64,000 nucleotides of DNA from Planctomycetota bacterium (lineage in GTDB: Bacteria; Planctomycetota; UBA1135; UBA2386): NCBI GenBank assembly GCA_046290465.1, contig JBKAGP010000001.1:2048001-2112000 (forward strand), written 5' to 3'. The position numbers were made by a program, and so were the translations under genes. Every line of letters begins with the position of its first letter. Positions within the stretch are counted from its first letter, which is position 1. Positions 57,960 through 64,000 of the stretch are shown here, in pieces. Below the pieces are notes generated by a model, which saw only the letters and a program-made list of their open reading frames with translations, did no database searches and was not told the DNA's origin.

Positions 57960-58682
57960 ATGACCGCTACCTCCACCCACGCCGGTAGCCCGGCCGGCAC
58001 CCCGGCTGGCACCCCGGACCGCACGTCGCTGTCGGCGCTGTGCAGCGACCTGTTCGCGTTCGCGTTGAGCCTGCGGACGTCGAAGGCTCCCGACGACTGC
58101 GACCGCCTCCAGGGCACCATCGCCGGCCTGCTCGAGAAGCTCAGCCAACGCGCCCGCGACGCCGGCGTCGACTCCGCCCAGCTCGATGCGGCCCGCTACG
58201 CGATCGTGGCGCTGCTGGACGAGACGGTGCTCGGCTCGCGATGGGAGCTGAAGACGCAGTGGATGAGCAAGCCGCTGCAGATGAGCTACTACGGCGACTT
58301 CACGGCCGGCGAGCAGTTCTACCAGCGCCTGGACGCGCTGATGCAGGACAAGCAGGCGAACGTCGCGGCGATCGAAGTCTACGCGCAGTGCCTGGCCGCG
58401 GGCTTTCGCGGCAAGCACGCCGACCTCGCCGGCATGCAGAAGATCGACGACCTGCTGGCGGAGTTGACCGGGCAGATCCGGCTGGTCCGCGGTGTCGAGG
58501 GGCGCGCGCTGTCGAAGCCGATGCAGCGCACCGAAGTGCTGCAGCAGGAGTCGCGCCAACTGCCGATCTGGGTCGTGGCGGCCGCCGGCGCCGGGCTCGC
58601 GCTGATCGTGTGGTTCGTGCTCGACAGCCTGCTCGCCGCAAAGGCCGCCGAGTTCCTGCGTTCGGGAGGAGCGGGCCGATGA
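57960..58682 (+). CDS. tssL: T6SS membrane protein TssL/DotU (no OmpA-like extension)
   Basis: ARYAIVALLDETVL, W..KPLQ..Y...AGEQFY, EVY..CL..GFRGK, C-terminal TM. Confidence 0.92.
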   Translation: MTATSTHAGSPAGTPAGTPDRTSLSALCSDLFAFALSLRTSKAPDDCDRLQGTIAGLLEKLSQRARDAGVDSAQLDAARYAIVALLDETVLGSRWELKTQWMSKPLQMSYYGDFTAGEQFYQRLDALMQDKQANVAAIEVYAQCLAAGFRGKHADLAGMQKIDDLLAELTGQIRLVRGVEGRALSKPMQRTEVLQQESRQLPIWVVAAAGAGLALIVWFVLDSLLAAKAAEFLRSGGAGR

Positions 58683-61600
58683 AGAAGCTGCTCGCGATCG
58701 TCCTGCAGCCCCCGATCCCGCAGATCGTCGGCCTGCTGCTACTCAGCGCCATCATCTACTTCGGCGGCAACGCGCTGCGCGCCTGGCACGGCCTCGGCTC
58801 GGGCACGCTGCTGCTGCTGGTCGGCGGCGTCTGGTTGCTCGCCGTGCTGGTGTTCGTGTGGCGCCGGTGGCGGTCCGCCAAGCGCGCACGCATGATCGAG
58901 GATCGGCTGCGCGGCCAGGCGCGCGAGCACATCGAGTCGATCCGGCCCGACAAGCGCAGCCAGGTCGAGGAGCTGGAGCAGCAGCTCGCCACCGCGATCA
59001 CGACGCTGAAGAACAGCAAGCTCGGCAAGGGCGCCCTGTACGAACTGCCGTGGTACGTGATCATCGGCCCGCCGGGTTCCGGCAAGACCACGCTGCTGCG
59101 CGAATCCAACCTGAGCTTCCCCGACCAGACGCACGGGCGCGGGGTGCGCGGGGTCGGCGGCACCCGCAACTGCGACTGGTGGTTCACCGACCAGGGCATC
59201 CTGCTGGACACCGCCGGCCGCTACACGACCCAGGACGAGGACAAGGGTGAGTGGCTGCAGTTCCTGTCGATGCTCAAGAAGTCGCGCGCGCGCAAGCCGA
59301 TCAACGGCGCGATCATCGCGATCAGCATCGCCGACATCGCGACCGGCAGCGACGAGCAGCTCGCCGAGCACGCGCGCAAGGTGCGCGAGCGGCTGGCCGA
59401 GCTGACCCAGAAGCTCGAGGTCGTGTTCCCGGTCTACCTCCTGTTCAGCAAGTGCGACCTGCTCGACGGCTTCGTCGAGACGTTCGGCGGCTACGGCCAG
59501 AAGGAACGCGCCCAGACCTGGGGCTTCACGATGCCCTACCTGCACACGGGCGACGGCGACCTGGCGCAGCGCTTCGACCGCGAGTTCGACGACCTGATGG
59601 CACGTCTGTCGGTCGAGCGCCTGCAGACGCTGGGCGCGGCCAGGTCGCAGGCGAAGAAGGCCAAGATCTTCTCGTTCCCGCTGCAGTTCGCCGGCGTGCG
59701 CGACCGGGTGCGCGCGTTCTTGACGCAGCTGCAGCAGGCCAACCCCTACCATGAGAGCTCGGACCTGCGCGGCGTGTTCTTCACCAGCGGCACGCAGGAG
59801 GGGCAGCCGTTCGACCAGGTGCTGGCCGGCATGCGCGAGGCGTGCGGGCTCGAACTCGACCCGGACACGGGCTCGGACGAGGAGGTCGACAAGAAGGCCT
59901 ACTTCATCGACGAGCTGTTCACCGACGTCGTGTTCGGCGACAAGGAGCTGGCGCGCTCGTCCACGGCCGCGGAGAAGCGGCGCGCGACGATCCGCAGGGC
60001 TGGTCTGTTCGGCTCGATCGCGGCGACCGTGGCGCTGTGCGTCTGGATCGTCGTCGCCTACACCGGGCACAGCAGCCTGATCGAACGCAGCATCGCCGCC
60101 TACACCGCGGCCGATCGCGAGTTCACGGCCGACGACTTCGCCGACGAGGAGCGCCTGGCCAAGGGCACCGGGGGCGCCTTCGACCAGCTGCGCAAGGTGT
60201 TCGTCGAACTCGACGAGAGCTACGGCTCGGTCGGCAGCTACCTGATGGGTCAGGGCAACAACCTCTACGACCGTCGCATCCGGCCGCGCTACGTCGAACA
60301 CGTCTTCGACACGTTCGTGCGACCGCTGCAGGACCGGCATGCCGAGAGCCTGCAGCGCGCCATCGACGACGCCGGCGAGGGGCGCGATGCCGCCGGCCTG
60401 AAGGACGAGCTGATGGCCTACAGCATGCTCGGTGGCCGGCTGACGATCGATCGCGAGTGGCTCGAGGGCTACCTGATCGGATCGCGCTGGACCTGGACCC
60501 CCGGCAAGCAGATCGAGGCCTGTCGCGTGCACCGCCAGGCGTTCCTCGAACGCATCGCCGAGCCGGGCTACAGCGACTGGACCTACCTGCCGCGCGAAGA
60601 GGTCCTGCAGCCGGCCGAGGCCCTGTGGCTCGAACAGGACGGGCTGCGCAAGACCGTCGAGGACCTGCGCAAGCGCCAGGGACTCGACCAGGCCGTCTCG
60701 GCGGCCGAGCTGCTCAACCATCCGGACAAGGAACTCGTCGACAAGAGCGTCTCGGTGACCCAGGGCGCGCTGCGCCCCGGCGCCATCGACGAGGTGCTCG
60801 ACACCACCGCCGAGCAGCGCGGCGACGGCACCGCCGCCGAACTCAAGTCGATCGACCGACAGGTGGCGATCCAGCAGCTGCTGCGGGCGCTCGCCGAGTT
60901 CCGCCCGGCGCAGAAGGCCAACCTGCGCGAAGCCAACGAGGTCCTGCTGCAGCTGACGACCAACCCGGAGAGCGGCGTCTACGCCGAGCACTTCGAGAAC
61001 ATCCGCGCGCGCCTCGAATCGCTCGGTGTCGACTGCCCTGCCGGTGACAACGCCTGGCTGGTCGAGACGGTCAAGGAGATCGGCACGCTGCACGAGCCGA
61101 TCCAGGCACTGACGACACGGCCGCGCCTGCAGCGGATCGTCGCCGACGCGACCTCGGACAAGCAGGTCGAGCTGATCGTCGCCGAGATGCTGCGCATCGC
61201 GGAGGTGATCCGCAAGCGCACCAAGGAGGCGCCCGACGCGATCCGCTCGCAGAGCCTGCAACTGCTCAGCAACCTGCTCGGTTCGGTGCAGGACGCGCTC
61301 GCCGGCGAGATCATCAGCGAGACCAACACCACCTGGCGCAACGGCGTCGGCGACCGCCTGCGCGAGTTCTCGATGCGCTTTCCGTTCACCCCGGACGCCG
61401 ACGACTCGGTCGACCCGGGTGCGTTCGACGAGGTGTTCGCCAAGGGCACCGGCGCGTTCGACCAGGCGATGGAGTGGATCCGTTTCCTCGAAGGGCAGCT
61501 CACGATGCTGCAGCGGGGCCGCCCGACCAAGGAGCACAAGGCCGACCGGCGCAAGGTCGAAGCCATCCAACGGGCCCTGTTCTCGGGTGCCGAGACCGGC

Positions 61601-62038
61601 TGCGACATCGACTTCGTGCTGATGCCGCTCGGCGACGCCAGCGCCGTGCACTTCCTGCTCGGCAGGAACGAACCGCTGATCGCGCGTCGCAAGGTCGAGA
61701 AGACCTTCGCGTGGGTCCCGGCCGCCGACGCCGCGATCGAGATCAAGGGCTTCTCGATGCAGGGCAACGACAAGGGCGTCGACGCGGCGTTCGAGTGCGA
61801 CGGCAACTGGGGCTTCATCCGCATGCTGAGCGTCGGCAAGCGCGGCGAAGGCACCGGGCGCTACGAAGGCTTTTTGACCTGCGAGTGGGACCAGTTCCTG
61901 GTCGACGGCGAACCGCTGCTGTCGAGCACCGGGCGCGCCCGCGCCGCGCTGCTGTTCAAGACCACCGCCGAACCCAACCCGCTCGAGCAGGGGTTCTTCA
62001 CGCACGCGTTCACGCGGGAGGTCTTCGGTGCGCGCTAG
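58679..62038 (+). CDS. tssM: T6SS membrane subunit TssM/IcmF
   Basis: N-terminal TMs; LPWYVIIGPPGSGKTT, CDWWFT, DTAGRY, PINGAI, FPVYLLFSKCDLLDGF, RGVFFTSGTQEG; ATG 58679. Confidence 0.95.
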   Translation: MKKLLAIVLQPPIPQIVGLLLLSAIIYFGGNALRAWHGLGSGTLLLLVGGVWLLAVLVFVWRRWRSAKRARMIEDRLRGQAREHIESIRPDKRSQVEELEQQLATAITTLKNSKLGKGALYELPWYVIIGPPGSGKTTLLRESNLSFPDQTHGRGVRGVGGTRNCDWWFTDQGILLDTAGRYTTQDEDKGEWLQFLSMLKKSRARKPINGAIIAISIADIATGSDEQLAEHARKVRERLAELTQKLEVVFPVYLLFSKCDLLDGFVETFGGYGQKERAQTWGFTMPYLHTGDGDLAQRFDREFDDLMARLSVERLQTLGAARSQAKKAKIFSFPLQFAGVRDRVRAFLTQLQQANPYHESSDLRGVFFTSGTQEGQPFDQVLAGMREACGLELDPDTGSDEEVDKKAYFIDELFTDVVFGDKELARSSTAAEKRRATIRRAGLFGSIAATVALCVWIVVAYTGHSSLIERSIAAYTAADREFTADDFADEERLAKGTGGAFDQLRKVFVELDESYGSVGSYLMGQGNNLYDRRIRPRYVEHVFDTFVRPLQDRHAESLQRAIDDAGEGRDAAGLKDELMAYSMLGGRLTIDREWLEGYLIGSRWTWTPGKQIEACRVHRQAFLERIAEPGYSDWTYLPREEVLQPAEALWLEQDGLRKTVEDLRKRQGLDQAVSAAELLNHPDKELVDKSVSVTQGALRPGAIDEVLDTTAEQRGDGTAAELKSIDRQVAIQQLLRALAEFRPAQKANLREANEVLLQLTTNPESGVYAEHFENIRARLESLGVDCPAGDNAWLVETVKEIGTLHEPIQALTTRPRLQRIVADATSDKQVELIVAEMLRIAEVIRKRTKEAPDAIRSQSLQLLSNLLGSVQDALAGEIISETNTTWRNGVGDRLREFSMRFPFTPDADDSVDPGAFDEVFAKGTGAFDQAMEWIRFLEGQLTMLQRGRPTKEHKADRRKVEAIQRALFSGAETGCDIDFVLMPLGDASAVHFLLGRNEPLIARRKVEKTFAWVPAADAAIEIKGFSMQGNDKGVDAAFECDGNWGFIRMLSVGKRGEGTGRYEGFLTCEWDQFLVDGEPLLSSTGRARAALLFKTTAEPNPLEQGFFTHAFTREVFGAR

Positions 62039-62933
62039 CCATCAGGCCCGCACGATCTGCTTCGGCAAGCTGCCGATCGCCGGCGACTTCCTGCGCGGCG
62101 ACGGCGCGGCGCCCGAGTTCCGCGAGCTCGACGACTGGATCCAGCACGGCATGTACGACAGCCAGCAGCGCGTCGGCGCAGACTGGCAACAACGATTCGA
62201 CGCGCTGCCGCGGGGCCGCTTCGTCTGGACCGAGAGCAGGAACAAGGGCACGGTGATCGCCGGCTTCTGGCAATCGTCGCAGGACGGCGTCGGCCGCCGC
62301 TATCCGTTCCTGCTCGCGGTGCGCCTGCCGAAGGTCGACGCCGACCACGTGTCGGCGGTACCGTTCGCGATCGCCGACTGGGAGGTCGGCGCGCGCCAGC
62401 TGCTCGACTCGCGATTCGAGGGACTCGACGTCGTGCGCGCGATCGAGACGGCGCAGGCCCTGCCGTGCGAGCCCGACTGGGCGGCGGCGTGCAGCCGCCG
62501 CGATGCCGCCCTGCGCGAGCGCGAGGCCGAGCGTTCGTGGAACGGCCACGACGACCTGCCCGAGCTGCTGCTGCACGACCTGGAACAGGTCTCGCGGCAA
62601 CAGAGCCCGCCGCGCTACAGCCTGCGCTGGCGCTGCGGCAGCGACGCCGCGGACGTCGCGTTCTGGCTGGAGGCGATGCACCGCTTCGGCGCGACGCCGC
62701 GGCTCTTGCAGTGGGACGGCTCCGGCGTCGCCCGCGCCGCCCTGTGCCCGCTGCAGCCGCGCCTGTTCGCCGGCATGGCGCTGCCGACGCTCGACGACGA
62801 CGACGCCTACGACATGGGCCGCAACGGCGGCGAAGACCCCCGCACCCACGCGGCGAAGCAACGCTTCGCCGCCGCCGTGCGGGCCGACGACCAGGCGCAT
62901 GCCCTGGCCGCGCTGCCGCAAGGAGGGCGCTGA
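62028..62933 (+). CDS. tagF: T6SS-associated protein TagF
   Basis: FGKLPIAGDF, LDDWIQ, SQDGVGRRYPF. Confidence 0.88.
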   Translation: MRASHQARTICFGKLPIAGDFLRGDGAAPEFRELDDWIQHGMYDSQQRVGADWQQRFDALPRGRFVWTESRNKGTVIAGFWQSSQDGVGRRYPFLLAVRLPKVDADHVSAVPFAIADWEVGARQLLDSRFEGLDVVRAIETAQALPCEPDWAAACSRRDAALREREAERSWNGHDDLPELLLHDLEQVSRQQSPPRYSLRWRCGSDAADVAFWLEAMHRFGATPRLLQWDGSGVARAALCPLQPRLFAGMALPTLDDDDAYDMGRNGGEDPRTHAAKQRFAAAVRADDQAHALAALPQGGR

Positions 62934-64000
62934 TGGACCTCGACGCGATCCGCGCGCTGGGCTCGCAGGGCGTCTCCGACGCCGCGCCCGCCGGAGAATC
63001 GGTGCGCTACGAACCCGAGTTCGAGCAGCTATCGGCGGAGATCGAGAAGCTCGCCGGCGTCGAACAAGTCCCGGTCGAGTGGCGCATCGTCAACGAGCTC
63101 GCCACCGGGCTGCTGCGTAGCAAAGGCAAGGACCTGCTGGTCGGCAGCTACCTCGCGTTCGGCCTGTTCGACAAGCACGGCTACCAGGGCCTGGCCGCCG
63201 GCATCGACGTGCTCAACGGCCTGGTCGACAACTTCTGGGAGGGCTGCTTCCCCGAGCTGCGCCGGTTGCGCGCGCGCATCAACGCGCTCGAATGGCTCGA
63301 CGGCCGCCTCGAGAAGGCGCTGGCGACCGTGCCCGATCCCTCGGATGGCGACCGCGAGGCGCTGCAGGCCTGCATCGCCGGCCTGTCGAAGCTGATCGAG
63401 GACCCGGCGGGCCGCTTCGGCGACGAAGGCCCCAATCTCGGCCCCGCGCGCCGCGGCCTGAAGGGCAAGCTCGACCTGATCCCGGAGCCCCAGCCAGAGC
63501 CCCAGCCGGAGCCCCAGCCCCAGCCGGAGCAGGCCCCCACAGCCGCTCCCGCCGAGGCGGCTCCCGCCGCCGCAGCGCCGCCGCCGCCGCCACCTCCCCC
63601 GCCGGAGCCCGAGCCGGCCGAGACACCCGAGTCCGTGCTCGAAGCGCTCGGCAGGTTCCGCCAGCAGGAGATCGAATACAGCAACGTGCTGCGCGAAGCC
63701 GACCCGGCCGACCCGCGCGCGTTCCTGCTGCTGCGCGAGGGCGTGTGGAACGAACAGACGCTCGCCGATCGCGACCGCGAGTCGACCGGCGGCGACGAGT
63801 TCGTCCGGATCCAGCAGGCCGAGCTCGACGACGGCGGCTACGACGACGTGCTGGAGCGCGTCGAGAAGCTGCTGCTCGAACACCCGCTGTGGCTGGACCT
63901 GCAGCTCTTGTGTGTCCAGGCCCTCGAGGGCATGGGTCGCAAGTACCGCAAGGCGCACGCCGCCGTGCTCGCGTCGCTGTCGTTCTTGCTGAGGAGGCAT
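62933..64000 (+). CDS. tssA: T6SS protein TssA (ImpA_N domain, Pro-rich linker, VasJ-like domain), 3'-truncated by the window edge
   Basis: Read by hand (absent from the ORF track because no stop is in the window): AGGAGG RBS, PAGESVRYEPEFEQL..EIEKL, VEW, KGKDLLVGSYL, FWEGCFP..RRLRAR.NALEWL, DPRAFLLLR..W, PLWLDLQ. Confidence 0.9.
   Translation, partial: MDLDAIRALGSQGVSDAAPAGESVRYEPEFEQLSAEIEKLAGVEQVPVEWRIVNELATGLLRSKGKDLLVGSYLAFGLFDKHGYQGLAAGIDVLNGLVDNFWEGCFPELRRLRARINALEWLDGRLEKALATVPDPSDGDREALQACIAGLSKLIEDPAGRFGDEGPNLGPARRGLKGKLDLIPEPQPEPQPEPQPQPEQAPTAAPAEAAPAAAAPPPPPPPPPEPEPAETPESVLEALGRFRQQEIEYSNVLREADPADPRAFLLLREGVWNEQTLADRDRESTGGDEFVRIQQAELDDGGYDDVLERVEKLLLEHPLWLDLQLLCVQALEGMGRKYRKAHAAVLASLSFLLRRH
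63482..63617 (+). repeat. Low-complexity coding repeat (PEPQ/PQ and poly-Pro linker) in TssA
   Basis: CCGGAGCCCCAG-type tandem units encoding PEPQPEPQPEPQPQPE...PPPPPPPPEPEP. Confidence 0.75.

Noticed and set aside
58040..58678. Extended N-terminus of TssM
   Set aside because: Overlaps tssL out of frame; ATG 58679 has a GGAGGAG RBS and an ATGA overlap

Overview
High-GC bacterial chromosomal window, most consistent with a Planctomycetota genome. This is inferred from the TIGR02999-type ECF sigma/Ser-Thr kinase pair, DUF1570-like metallopeptidases, GYF_2 and zinc-ribbon membrane proteins, and kdsB-pyrG linkage. Housekeeping genes are ribE, trmD-rplS-secDF-nadB-hflX, pyc, kdsB-pyrG and ftsH-dacA(cdaA)-cdaR-glmM-tsaB. 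Accessory loci are interspersed: (1) a compositionally atypical three-gene cassette (12-Cys secreted protein, membrane-anchored Ig-like protein, MauE/DoxX CGCFG protein); (2) a large secreted subtilase with an apparent Glu-His-Ser triad; (3) a translationally coupled cytoplasmic peptide ligase/peptidase operon (C39-like Cys peptidase, RLAN-RimK ATP-grasp, GCS2 ligase, N-formylglutamate amidohydrolase-like) behind a near-consensus sigma-54 promoter and a palindrome; (4) a tandem inactive/active DUF1570-like gluzincin pair; (5) a YtrA-type GntR/ABC exporter with a predicted operator; (6) a DUF2752-GYF_2-CPBP membrane operon; (7) an ECF sigma and a TPR kinase placed head-to-head on one shared CATG, with a downstream FG-GAP lipoprotein whose C-terminus resembles a beta-pore-former; (8) the start of a type VI secretion cluster (tagH-tssJ-tssK-tssL-tssM-tagF-tssA) running off the right edge. 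No rRNA, tRNA, CRISPR array, integrase or transposase was recognised. All family calls are motif recognition by eye; no searches were run.
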